Source of the DNA: Amphiscolops sp. MND2022
Taxonomy: Eukaryota
DNA: 64,000 nt
Assembly: GCA_964187785.1 (NCBI GenBank)
Contig: OZ076409.1
Coordinates: 62,188,001 to 62,252,000, forward strand
Reading direction: 5' to 3'
This document shows, one piece after another, positions 45,124 through 57,260 of this stretch (the stretch's first letter is position 1; the number at the start of each line of letters is the position of its first letter). The notes under the pieces are model-generated. The model saw only the letters and a program-made list of their open reading frames with translations, ran no database searches and had not been told where the DNA came from. A program made the position numbers and the translations under genes.

Positions 45124-46178
45124 TACGCCGCATTAGAAAACTTCCGGAAGTGTTTTGAAGAATTTGAATGAAACGACTTATCACGTGTTCATTAGTGGAT
45201 TCAGGAAGCGTTTTGTGAACAAATTCGACCCTGATCAAGTTGAACTAGTTCAAAATAGGAGAAAATCAAACCAACCTGTATTAGAAGACATTCTGTTGAA
45301 ACAGTCCACTTGGATACAGTCCCGATCCGGACGTTGTTGAAGAGGGGAATTCGAAGTGCTCGGGGATGAAGCAAGGAGAAAGAATCTGCGACGAAGCAGG
45401 ACGTGGTCCAATGCAGGCACCAAGACGAAATTGACGATGGAGATGAAGATTAAATTCTGAATGGAAGGATAAATGAAACAATAATTGGAATTGAATCAGG
45501 AATTGAATGAGTAAAGAATTACTAAAAGTTGGAGTTCGTGGCTGAAGATTATTACCAGACTAATATTATGGGATTATCTACATATTTATTCTGTACATGG
45601 AGTCTGCCAGCGAAGTGTACAAGAAACTTTGTTATTTACAGCTTACTTAGTTAGTGGCCTATTCCGGCCGTTTGACCAATTACTCTTTATCGTTTCGTTC
45701 AGTTATCTTAGTTATTCTTTATTAAAAAAATCCGCCATTTTGAATTATTTTGATTTATTATTTTCGCCATTTTATTATTTAATTTCCATTTTATCAGAGC
45801 TTAACTCTGATTGGCTGAAGCCATGTTGAAAGAATCTAGCGGCGCGTGCTGTTAATTGATCCGAAGCAAGCCGTTAATTACCCACTTGAAGAGAAGATAT
45901 TTGATATCAACAACTTGAGTGCTGCTTACATCTACATTAGTGATGGCTTAGATAAAAGACAAACACCTATTTAATCGGAGCCGCCAACCCCGTTTAGGAA
46001 TTCCATTCAGAAAAGTTTACGATGAATCGGGGCAATCAACCTGAGATTATCCCGCTAAATTAGAAACTTCGGGAAGAGTCCTAATTCGGAATTTGGGGAG
46101 GTGATAAGCTCATTCCGATTTCAAACTCGCTCACGACAAGTTGACTAGAAAACCTTCAAAATTGCGAAAAAACTAATA

Positions 46179-46949
46179 ATGGAGAAATTCAACAAAGCGA
46201 GAAAGCTCTTTGGTTCTCTTGACTTTAGCTCGGACTCATCAAACAACTCTGTAATCTATATCAGTAGCGACGAGGAAACATCCGAAGGATGGGACTCAGA
46301 TTGGTCAACGGACACGGAGGAACTGGTGAGGAGGGTTGAAACTCAAGTCCAAGCCCAGCCGATACCCATAGCAGGAAGAAGACTAACTACGGCAAGTGAT
46401 GAGCCTGGACCCAGCACTGTGTCGCCCAACAAGCAGACCACGCCAAAGTTAGACAAGAGATACTTTGATGAGAAACTTTGCTATGCTCCAACTAGAGGCA
46501 ACACAAAAAGAAGGATAGAACTGTGCAAGACAATTCTGCCAGTTCTAGAGTCTCCACTATCTCCACCTGCCCATGAGAAGGGGCCGTCAATGGACACTCC
46601 GCTACTACAGTCTGAAAACAGTGGATTCCATGCCTCTTTCCATATTCAGAATGCACTTCCTTACACGGACATCAGTACCCAGAGATGTACGAGTTGCATG
46701 GTCTGTGGAAAGTCAGTAGACGAAATAAAGGCAATGAAGGTGACTCGCTATATGGAAGCTTCGACGCCTAGGAGCGAACCGGCGTACATAACGGCTCTCA
46801 GGAAAGAAGCCTACATCAATGGTCTTAATGCAGGCAGTCTTCTCTTCATCGCACCCGCTGTGTCGCAGGCTGTCGCCTGTGACGGCACAAGAATCACAAC
46901 AACGACTGTTGGCCAAAATGTGGCTCCTGGGACCCTACCCATTTATTAA
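46179..46949 (+). CDS. Accessory ORF (256 aa) overlapping the start of the 3' LTR
   Basis: ATG-initiated intact ORF with SIM-like VIYISSDEE, an acidic N-terminus and a CTSCMVCGKS Cys motif. The last ~29 codons lie inside the LTR. Confidence 0.75.
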   Translation: MEKFNKARKLFGSLDFSSDSSNNSVIYISSDEETSEGWDSDWSTDTEELVRRVETQVQAQPIPIAGRRLTTASDEPGPSTVSPNKQTTPKLDKRYFDEKLCYAPTRGNTKRRIELCKTILPVLESPLSPPAHEKGPSMDTPLLQSENSGFHASFHIQNALPYTDISTQRCTSCMVCGKSVDEIKAMKVTRYMEASTPRSEPAYITALRKEAYINGLNAGSLLFIAPAVSQAVACDGTRITTTTVGQNVAPGTLPIY

Positions 46950-48596
46950 AAGTAAACTGAAACTTTTCTTTAAAACTTTTTCATTTCTATGTATCTTGTT
47001 GCCTTGTTATTTTAAAACTACCCGAAAGGGCCGTACTAGGACATATTCCCTTACTCCCGAACCAAAAATGTGCTTATTACTTATTTGCAGACAACCTTAG
47101 TTTTGAATGTTAATGATATATTAGTCTGTTAACATGGACAGTGTTGTGTTGTTGTTTTGTAAATGCAATGAAGTGTTATTCAGAGATAATAGCAATCAAC
47201 TAAGAGAGAGTACGGAAACGTGTTCAAATGGTTCTCTGTACTTTCTTGCTAGCGTCACTTGCGCTCACCATATTGGCCAATCAGGTGCTTCCATTTTGTA
47301 TTCTTTATTCTCTTTTGCCGATTACGGCCGTTGTACAATTAGGACAAGTGTGCTATTAATGCTGTTCAGGCAGGCGGCCTAATCTGGCTATTTAGTCTTC
47401 AACAAGCAAAGCACTTGTATGTGGCGCTAATTGCATGTAATAATATTTATGTAATAGTAGGCTTTGATCATCATGAAGTACCAATTTGAAGTACTATTTA
47501 ATGTTTTGTTGTGTTATTAGTAAATAGTTGCCCAATCTCGCTCTAATATAGCCCTGTTGCATGGAAGTTGATGTTATTGCCCTAACAGGCCTTTTGCCAT
47601 TGTACTCGCGAAAGGAATTTAGACCTAACATATTTGTTGTGCTGCCACGTGCTAAAGTATGTGTACTTATATCAACAAATACCAGTTCGATGAAAATATC
47701 TTGTCAATTTGCTATGAAATATGTAAACGATGCTTACGGTTAAATGATTGTCCCTTTGATGTGTGATATTTGAAACGGATAGCATTTATCTCGTGACCAT
47801 CAAAAATGTGATCATATGATATTGTCTTGTTCATGGAATGTAAAGAATTGGAGTGTTATTCTTTCGGGGGTATAAATACCCGTGCCTCTGGAAGAGGAGT
47901 CACTTACTAATTTGCTCTCTTCTGAAAAGGACTATCATATTGAATACAAACGGTTCCACTGTTATTTTCGAGATAAAACCTAATTCAATTTTATACTCGA
48001 AGTTTTCTCTATGCCTACTACAAGGAAACAAAAGAAGACTAGGAAGTCTCGAGGATTAGAAGTCCTTTCTGATATTGAAAACCTAGATATAATGCTAGGA
48101 GGCAACCCTTACAATGGGACTGAAAGAGAAAGGAGTTTAGACAATAACTCTATTGAAAGGAGAGGAAGTGTCATAAGCAATAACTTGGACAATGAAGGCG
48201 AAAGTCTATTTTCTAACTGCAGGAATGATGAACCTAGGACAAGTGCCGATTTTGGCCAAAACTCAGCTGAAGCAAACTCACTAGCTGAGATAAACAGGTT
48301 GTCAAGCGAATTGAACTCTAGGATATCCCGTGAGATGGATGAAATGATGAATAATGTTGGGTCGCAGATCCAAAGGGCCATTAATGAGGCGATCAGCAGT
48401 CAAGTACTACCTCAAATACAGAATATCATAATGGCCGGATCGGGCCGGGAGACAAGAAGGGGATGGGAAGTCCCAGTTGAGAGACCAGAAATAAATGCCG
48501 AAGAACAGCAGGTTCTTAACGCTAAAGCTGGTTGTAGATATGAACAATGTGATGGGTACCGAACAAATGGACCATCTACCCGTAACGTTCATGACA
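46861..48596 (+). repeat. 3' LTR of element B (1736 bp)
   Basis: Direct repeat of 32568-34303, followed by the TSD ATAAT. Confidence 0.96.
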
Positions 48597-48613
48597 ATAA
48601 TAAACATAACTAA
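48011..48613 (+). CDS. Truncated Gag N-terminal ORF (200 aa) carried by the 3' LTR, ending in flanking DNA
   Basis: Identical to Gag residues 1-195 except one N>Y change, then NNKHN-stop, the last residues coming from the flank. Confidence 0.6.
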   Translation: MPTTRKQKKTRKSRGLEVLSDIENLDIMLGGNPYNGTERERSLDNNSIERRGSVISNNLDNEGESLFSNCRNDEPRTSADFGQNSAEANSLAEINRLSSELNSRISREMDEMMNNVGSQIQRAINEAISSQVLPQIQNIIMAGSGRETRRGWEVPVERPEINAEEQQVLNAKAGCRYEQCDGYRTNGPSTRNVHDNNKHN

Positions 48614-48649
48614 TGCATCAATTATAAAATTAACTAAATCGGTAATCTC

Positions 48650-51470
48650 CAGGAATTTTCTATGTTTTTGGTTGTTCATTTCTTTCGCTATTGTATTTGA
48701 GAAATAAACTTTATATTTGCTTGTAAATGTTTCAGAGGAAATTTTTTTTGACCAGTTAAGATGGTAGGCTGTTCCACAGGGGTAGAATTCTCATGAAGAA
48801 ACTTTTTCTCATGAATTCATTAGAGATTTTGTTTTGCATACAAGTTTCTTAGTTCGACTCTGATACTTCATTCTAGATGTTGGTATTGTATTAGTACCAC
48901 TGAAGGCTGGTAGTAGGGTATTTTGATAATTCCAGAAGTAAAAACATGATTTATAGTCAAGAAGTTCTCTTATTGGAAATATTTTGTGTTTATTTTCCCA
49001 ATCACTAGATGAGTCCTGTTTCTGACGAATAAAACAGGCTTTTACACCCCAACTCAATTGTTTTTCAAGTGTTGTTAAGAAATTTTGTGAAATGCCTTGA
49101 AGCAATATTGTTGGATAACGAAGATTACTAGGAACTAGAGCATTCGGAAGTAAAAGACAAGTTTTTTTCCGGCAACAATTGTTTCACTGCAAAGATTGTT
49201 TTGATTCCACAGGCCATTTTTTTTCAAGACATGTTTTACTTCTTTCTCGTAAGTTTGATTTTGGTCTAACTAAACTCCAAGATACCTTGCAAAAGGACTA
49301 AGACTTGTGGAGTGATTTTTCACTTGTAATTTGAGATATTTTGGTAATTTGTAATGGGAATTTTTGCAGAAGACAATGAATTTGGTTTTATCCTCACTGA
49401 GATTAAGTCTATGACTTTCGAAATGCTCAACTATTTTGGCAATATTGTTTTCAAGACGTTGTTCAGCAGTATTGACGCGTTTTTCGGCAACAAAAATAAA
49501 AATATCGTCTGCATATTGGACTATTTTATATGTTTCGTCAATTATGTTCAGCATAATGTTAGCGTAAAGGTTGAATAGGAGAGGTCCAAAAACGGTACAC
49601 TGTGGAACACCTTGATATAGGCTAATCCAATCTGATGACATATTTTGAAGAAATAATTTTTGAGTTCGGCAGGTCAAACAGTTGTTAATTAGGGCAATCG
49701 CAGTACAATCAAAATGATAACCTAGATCGAGGAAGGCAGCCGCTAACATTTTATTGTTGTTCATATCTGATCCAATAAAATCAATGGCATAAAAAAGGGC
49801 ATCAGTTGTTGAGAGTTTTGCTCGAAAACCAAACTGGTTAGGACTTAATTGTTTGTTTTTTAAAGATATTCAGCCATTTGATTACGAATTACCTTTTCCA
49901 AAGATTTTGAAAGTGCCGATGTGATTGAGATTGGTGTCTAATTGTTTTGGTTCTTCGGTGTCACCGGTTTTGTATATTGGTAAAACATGTGCTCTCTCAA
50001 GATGATTCGGAAACATTCCTTGGTATAAAAACGCGTTTACTAATTAGGTGACAGGTTCAGCTATAATATTGAGACAATCTTTGAGCGCCCAAGCAGAAAT
50101 AACTGAAGGTCCGAGCGGTTTGTTTGAATTTAATTGTTTCATTATTTGCTTACATACAAAATGTGTGATGGGATTAAACTAGAATTCAGTTTTATGCCTG
50201 ATAGCTCCATCAATAGGTTTCTCCCTGAATGTTCTTATCCCACCAAAATAGTCACCCAATTTGGAAAATCTTTAGTTTAGCAGATTTGCTATTTTCGTTT
50301 GATATAATACAGTTTCGCCAAAAACATTTGTTAGAGATGTAATTATTGTTTTGGTTTTTAATGAACTTTTGGCTTCATTTATAAAATTCCATTTTTCTCT
50401 ATCATTGGATAGATCAGCCAAAGAAACATCTGTTAGATAATCATTACGATCAGATTTCAAACATTCAATAAAAATGCTCTGGAATAGTTGTATTTTGCGT
50501 CAGATGGATGTATTTTTTTGATATATTTTGATGTATTTGTTTGTAATGTTGATCAGTATTTTCAGTAACCCTTTTCTGATGTATTGTTAAGTTACTTTTA
50601 TCGTTTCGGGTGAAGACTTTTTTTCAATATTGATTTGTTTAAAAAATTTTCAACGAAATTTGAGAATATTGAGAACGCGCTTTCTGCACAACTTTGTCCA
50701 TAGAAGTACTCCCAATTGCAAATTTGAACATAATATTGGAATAGTTCTTTTTTATAGGTTTTCTTATCAAATATCGTTTTTCTAACAACATCGGTTGATT
50801 TAATCATTTGAATGTTAGTAATCTCAGACGTGGCTAGATGATCACGTGGCTAGATGGGCTTTTTGCCGATGGTACAGAGAAGTGCGTCAGAAACAATAGG
50901 TGTAAAAATGCAGCATTGCTGTGATCTGTTATGATGTAATCAATTAATGTTTTTGATGTACCCTTTATCCTAGTAATAAAATCAGTATTGCTAACTCTCA
51001 GGCGATAGGGAAGAGTAAAAGCTTCCAAATTTTGTTTTTCCCTTGCGTCGATATAATTAAAATTTTAGTCACTCATAATTGTCAGAAGTTTATTTTCAAC
51101 ATTTGCATGATCTATGCTGATTAACAATTCTTCTAAGAAATGATGATATAGACTTTTTTTCAGGTTGTAAGAAATTTTTACGAGTTGTTTTTGCTTGTTG
51201 GAAGAATTTTTATTCACACTGCATTCTATCCAAAGACTTGAAAAAATTTTTTTGTTCATGTAATTCAGATCATTGCGCACTTTAGGATTCAGACTGCACG
51301 GAATTATTAACTTTGCTCCTCCACCACAGTCTTTGGTCGGTGTGTCTCTGTCAGCCCGAAATGTTTTGAAGTTGTTTGGATTACTGTTGGTACAAATGCA
51401 AAATGCTGATCCTGATCACAGACCATCAAAATTAAGCATATTTTCAATGCCTATCATCTAAAATTAGTCA
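48650..51470 (-). pseudogene. Decayed LINE (CR1/L2-like) ORF2: APE endonuclease plus RT
   Basis: Minus-strand remnants: QGVPQCTVFGPLLFNLY and QYADD (49270-49764), PNQFGFRAK and PISITSALSK (~49820-49935), TRIKGTSKTLIDYIIT (~50930-50975), FSSLWIEC (~51220). Confidence 0.88.
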
Positions 51471-51549
51471 TTTTTTGCGACTGAAAAACTAAAAATTCTT
51501 GGTATGGAGGATAGGAATGCCAGAAAACTTTTTACTTTTGTCACAACTT

Positions 51550-52320
51550 TTTTACAAATTAATGAACGAAGTTTTCTTTGGGAAGACTATGTAAAATGTA
51601 AGAGATAGAACCAATCTAGATTTCCTTGATCTTTCTCAAATAAACCAAAAATTGAAAAGACAATCCAAGTTAGGTTTCGAAGGAATCATCAACTGATAAG
51701 AAAGGTTTAGTTTGTACAAGTATGATAAAGAAAAAACCGTTTTTATATGAACCATTTTATTTGGGCTTCACAATCTTAGAATTATCCTAGCTATTAATGT
51801 ATGAATTTCATTATAAACGTTTAGAACCATATTGGCAAAATAAAGTGCATATACAATAAATGGATACTGACAGTTTTGATCTTAATTTTGATCCAAACAA
51901 CCAAGAACTAACAAACTTTATACAACAAAACAAAGATGACTTTGATTCTAGTAAATTAGATGAAACTCATCAATTATATGATCCTATTTAAAAAAGTTAA
52001 AGGAAAATAGAAAATTGAAATAAGTCCAGATTTGGTGTTAGACAGCTTCACTGCTTTACAATCAAAGTCATATTCTTTTAGTTATAATAATACTATTCAA
52101 AGAGCAAAACAAAAAGGGAATACAAAGAGCCCCCAAATGTGAAGATTACAAGAATTCACTGTTTATGTCCGAAACAACTGATGAAACAAACTATTAAATT
52201 TGTTCAAACACACAAAAATTATCAGTTGAAAAACAAAACAAACTAGCTTTGAACCTTTTTGACGATAAGCCTATGTACTTAAATCCAATACAAAGTTTAC
52301 CATGGGATCAAGACACACAA
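51550..52320 (+). pseudogene. Protein-primed DNA polymerase B, C-terminal remnant
   Basis: LMNEVFFGKTM*NVRDR (~51560), MDTDSF (~51860), FTALQSKSYSF and ALNLFDDKPMY motifs. Confidence 0.8.
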
Positions 52321-52699
52321 CAAGGCGATTGTCCAAGTCTATTTTGTTTGAAGTTTATACTTTTATATCATAAAGAATTAACTGAAAAAAAAACAGATGA
52401 TAAAAGTTATTTTTATATATGTATTATTTTTATATATATGCTATTGGAAAGTAAAATTAACCCATCAAGAGTTTTTAACACTGAGAATTGATCGGGCAAA
52501 TCTTTTAAATTTGTATTTGATTTTATTTGTATAAATATATTTTATTTCATATACATATATAATATTATCATTTATTTATTAATATCAGAATTATTTTGAT
52601 ATCAGAGATTCCTTTTAATCGTTTTATATACAAATACTATGTTTATTATAGATTAATTTCTCATAAATTTGTTTCGTATAAATTTATTTTCCATAAATT

Positions 52700-53820
52700 T
52701 ATTTCTCATAATAAATCGAAATGCTTCTGCCCATCACTACTAATACTTATCAGCTTGGGTTTTAGTACAAGGGCATGAGGTTTAGAATCAGCCACAACAA
52801 TGGCCGCACTAAAATCACTTATTAACCGATAGAAGTTTTCTATTTCTTGATATGCTTTACAGTAGTTGTCTCTATCATAGCCACAATCACTTCCAACAGC
52901 ATATTTTTTTCTGATGCTATTTTACAAACAGCATTTGAAATAGGTAAACGATCTAACATTGCATTATCATGTGTTTGCGAATCAATTTTATCTCTACCTT
53001 GAAATCCAACTATTAAGAAAAATTGTGTTGATTCTCCCTTATTTCCCAAGTCACAAGTCGAATTATTATTAGGGTGTACACTTTTTCTAAAAACAATCCA
53101 ATCCATGTAATGCAATTCATTTGGATCTCTATTCAGTAACTGAACCATCATAGTTTGTTGGCTTTCTAAGCTAGGTGTAAAGTGTGGAATATTCCAACCA
53201 AAATCTTTTATAACAATTTTTGCAGCATCTGCCCAATTATCCCTTATAAAAGGATCGGTTTAATCATCTCGTTTTAAAGTAAGAGTATATCCTAAACCAT
53301 ATGTTACTTTGTCTTGATCAGCAAACCCAAACAAATCAATTAACTTGATGTTCACAAAGAATGTTCCTTTCTCTGTCTTATTGTTTAGTTAGTTCTTGTC
53401 TTCTGATAGTGAATGATAATTCAAACACATGCATCATTTCGCTGGTTTGTTGTGGAAAGTTAAAATTTTATGCATCAAACATATAAAGTAAAATATGTCC
53501 ACTTTTTCCAATTGATTCCCCGAACTAGTTGTCAGCTTAGCTTCACCGAATAAAGCAACAGGCCCAAAGTTAACTAGTGCTATTTGATCTTTATCTAAAT
53601 ATCTTTTAGCATTATTTTTTACTACTTCAAAATCTACTGATTTATATGAATTTTGTAAACAAACATATGCGTCTTCTCTTGGCAAACTGATTGAAACGTT
53701 TGAATTATTATTATTTTATTGTTGCTAAACTATTTGGACTATGTTTTATAAAATCAATTCTATGAATAGGTTCATCAAAAGCATATTTGTTTTTCAATGA
53801 AAATACTTCCTTTCATATCG
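52700..53820 (-). pseudogene. Polinton-type major capsid protein remnant, copy 1
   Basis: Fragments REDAYVCLQNSY...IALVNFGPVALFGEAKLTTSSG, DLFGFADQDKVTYGLGYTLTLKR and FLIVGFQ, broken by frameshifts. Confidence 0.72.
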
Positions 53821-55554
53821 AAAAAAAATAAATCTTATTTTCTAAGCTTCGCATTAGAATAAATTTTAGGCTTTCCATTAGAATAAACTCTCAGATGATT
53901 TATATTTTTGGCTGATTTTGTTTTTTACTAAGTAAGGTTAACCTAAATAGTAAACTCAGAATTTAACTTTAGTTCCATTGCTTTTATACACATCGTATGT
54001 TTGTTTTAGATTGTTGTATTCATTCAGGTGGTCTATTCTATTGACTTCCAAACATTCTGTGTGTAGCTTGTGGAAGTTATTCAAAGTTCCTCCAGCAAGT
54101 GTATATTTTTAGTATTGTGTTGTTCTTTTCGTTTTAGATACTCATCAAAAAACTTACTGAATATGCATACTACTGCACCTATCCCACTTGCGATGGGTAC
54201 ATTAACGTGCCCAACTCCGGGAACACTTAACGTGATACATGTTGAAGAAACACCCAAAATAAAACTCCATCAATAGATTGAATTAGGCCGTTTATAATTT
54301 TCATGTGTTTTGTTTAGATTTCTTTTTATATTTTTTAGCTTCATGATTATTGAAATTGTTAATGTTTTTTATATTTTGAATTGAAATAATAAAACTATTT
54401 AAATATTTCAATGGCATATCTGAACTGTCTGCCTGTAAAGTAGGATATAATATTTCGCCCAATTAATTTTGAATAAAAACTTGGTTTTAAAAAAACTTGA
54501 TTTTGAAAAATAAGAACATAGTTTTGAATTTATTCAAATAAAAACTTAGTTTAAAAAATTTTATAAAAAGTATGAAATTGAGCTCAGTACCGGTTAGTTT
54601 CATTCTATATTTAGGGTCAACAATGTCTTTGTACTGGTCTTTCTTCAAACTATTCAACACTGTTTGTCTTGTTGAATAGTCTAAGTCCGATAAATAAAAC
54701 ACACCAGCAGCTTGGCAGCATCCAAAATAATATCAACTGCAAATTATGAACTTCACATAAATGAAATGAAAAGTAGATGGTACTTTCCCCGATTTAAACA
54801 TCATTTGAGTTATTTAGCTAAGTTTGTAAACCACATCAACGGAGAAGAACATATATTTCACAAAAGGTTGAAGTCAGATTTTAAGCCAGATGCGAAGCCA
54901 GTGTTTTTATCATTCAAAAATTTGTTGAAAAATTTTACCACCTTAAACCCATGAAATAAACAAATTTCTTTTTCACTATTTTTTTTGAAAAAATACTTAT
55001 TGGAAAATTTTTAAATAAACTATTTTTTCTTCGATAAATACAAATGGAAAGTTGCAGTATTTGTCATTCTGAATAAAAAAAACCTTCAAGTCTGATCATA
55101 CTAAATCAAAAAAATATCGAGAAAAACTAAATCAAAATTATACTACAAAATGTAATTTATTTATGCCCCTATCAGATAAAGATTCTCATCTAGATTTGGA
55201 TAAACACAAGAATGAAAACAAACAAATACTTGTTTGATGTAAAGATTGTAGTAATTGTATATCTGATAAAACGAGACGTTTCCAAAGTGAAATTCACCTT
55301 TAAAAAGTCAACACAGCAAAGCTGGCTTCACATACCATCAACAAAAAACTTTGATCAAGATAATAATGCAGAATTAAGTGTGAATGAAAAAACATACATA
55401 AACTTAAAATAAATTCCACTGCAAATAATGAACATCACATGAATGAAATATTAAGTAGATGGTACTTTCGACGATTTAAATATCATTTGAGTTATTTAGC
55501 TAAGTTTATGAACCACATCAACGGAGAAGAACATATATTTCACAAAAGGGTTAA

Positions 55555-55754
55555 NNNNNNNNNNNNNNNNNNNNNNNNNNNNNNNNNNNNNNNNNNNNNN
55601 NNNNNNNNNNNNNNNNNNNNNNNNNNNNNNNNNNNNNNNNNNNNNNNNNNNNNNNNNNNNNNNNNNNNNNNNNNNNNNNNNNNNNNNNNNNNNNNNNNNN
55701 NNNNNNNNNNNNNNNNNNNNNNNNNNNNNNNNNNNNNNNNNNNNNNNNNNNNNN
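55555..55754. other. Assembly gap (200 N)
   Basis: Run of N. Confidence 1.
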
Positions 55755-56039
55755 TATATATGGTATTATTGGAAAATAAAATTAACCCATCAAGAGTTTT
55801 TAACACTGAGAATTGATCGGGCACATCTTTTAAATTTGTAAATAATTTTATTTGTATAAATATATTTTATTTCATATACATATATATTATTATCATTTAT
55901 TTATAAATAATAGAATTATTTTGATATCAGAGATTCTTTTTTATCGTTTTATATATAAACACTACATTTATTACAAATTTATTTCTCATAAATTTGTTTC
56001 GTATAAACTTATTTTTCTTAAATCTCTTTCTCATATTAA

Positions 56040-57260
56040 ATCGAAATGCCTTAGCCCATCACTACTAATACTTATCAGTTTGGGTGTTAGTACAAGGGCA
56101 TAAGTTTTATAATCAGCCACATCAATGGCCGCACTAAAATTAGATTCTAATCTAATAGGTTGACTCGAAATATCTTTATGTTTGGATAAGTCAAACACAA
56201 AAATTATAATTTGTCCTGAATTTATAAAAAAAACAATAAATGGCCTCGATAGATTAGTTTCACTTATCAACCGATGGAAGTTTTCTATTTTTTGATATGC
56301 TTTACAGTAGTTGTCTCTATCATAGCCAAATTCACTTCCAACAGCATATTTTTTCTGATGCTATTTTACAAACAGCATTTGAAATAGGTAAACGATCTAA
56401 CATTGCATTATCATGTGTTTGCGAATCAATTTTATCTCTAACTTGAAATCCAACTATTAAGAAAAATTGTGTTGATTCTTCACTATTTCGCAAGTCACAA
56501 GTCGAATTTTTAGCAGTGTGTACATCTTTTCTAAAAACAATCCAATCCATGTAATACAATTCAGTTGGATCTCTTTTCAGTAACTGATCCACCAAACTTT
56601 GTTGGCTTTCTAAGCTAGGTGTAAAGTGTGGAATATTCCAACCAATATCTTTTATAACATATTTTGCAGCATCTGCCCCATTTTCCCCTATAAAAGGATC
56701 GTTATTAACATCTCGTTTCAAAGTAAGAGTATAACCTAAACCATATGTTACTTTGTCTTGATCAGCAAACCCAAACAAATCAATTACCTTGATGTTCACA
56801 GAGAATGTTCCCTTCTCTGTCTTATTGTTTAGTTAGTTCTTGTCTTCTGATAGTGAATGATTTTTCAAACCCATACATCATTTCGCTGGTTTGTTGTGGA
56901 AAGGTAAAATTTTATGCATTAAACATATGAAGTAAAAAATTTCCACTTTTTCCAATTGATTCCCCGAACTAGTTGTCAGCTTAGCTTCACCGAATAAAGC
57001 AATAGGCCCAAAGTTAACTAGTGCTATTTGATCTTTATCTAAATAACTTGTAGCATGATTTTTTACTACTTCAAAACTTACTGATATATATGAATTTTGT
57101 AAACAAATATATGCTTCTTCTCTTGACAAACTGATTGAAAGATTTGAATTAATATTATTACATTGTTGCTAAACTATTTGAACTAGGTTTTATAAAATCA
57201 ATTTTATGAATAAGTTTATCAAAGGCATACTTATGTTTCAATGAAAATACTTCCTTTTAT
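56040..57260 (-). pseudogene. Polinton-type major capsid protein remnant, copy 2
   Basis: ORF fragments 56878-57129, 56332-56799 and 56031-56270 (IFVFDLSKHK...PIRLE...YALVL). Confidence 0.72.

Larger units (their letters stand above)
32568..48596 (+). mobile_element. Element B: full-length Ty3/Gypsy LTR retrotransposon with accessory genes, 16.0 kb
   Basis: 1736-bp direct repeats TGTC...GACA, 5-bp TSD ATAAT (32563-32567 and 48597-48601), intact gag and pol, and ~6 kb of extra coding sequence downstream of pol. Confidence 0.96.

Noticed and set aside
32568..48596. Segmental duplication or mis-assembly as an explanation for the 1.7-kb repeat containing gag sequence
   Set aside because: TG...CA termini, a 5-bp TSD and a PBS-like TGG right after the first copy identify true LTRs.
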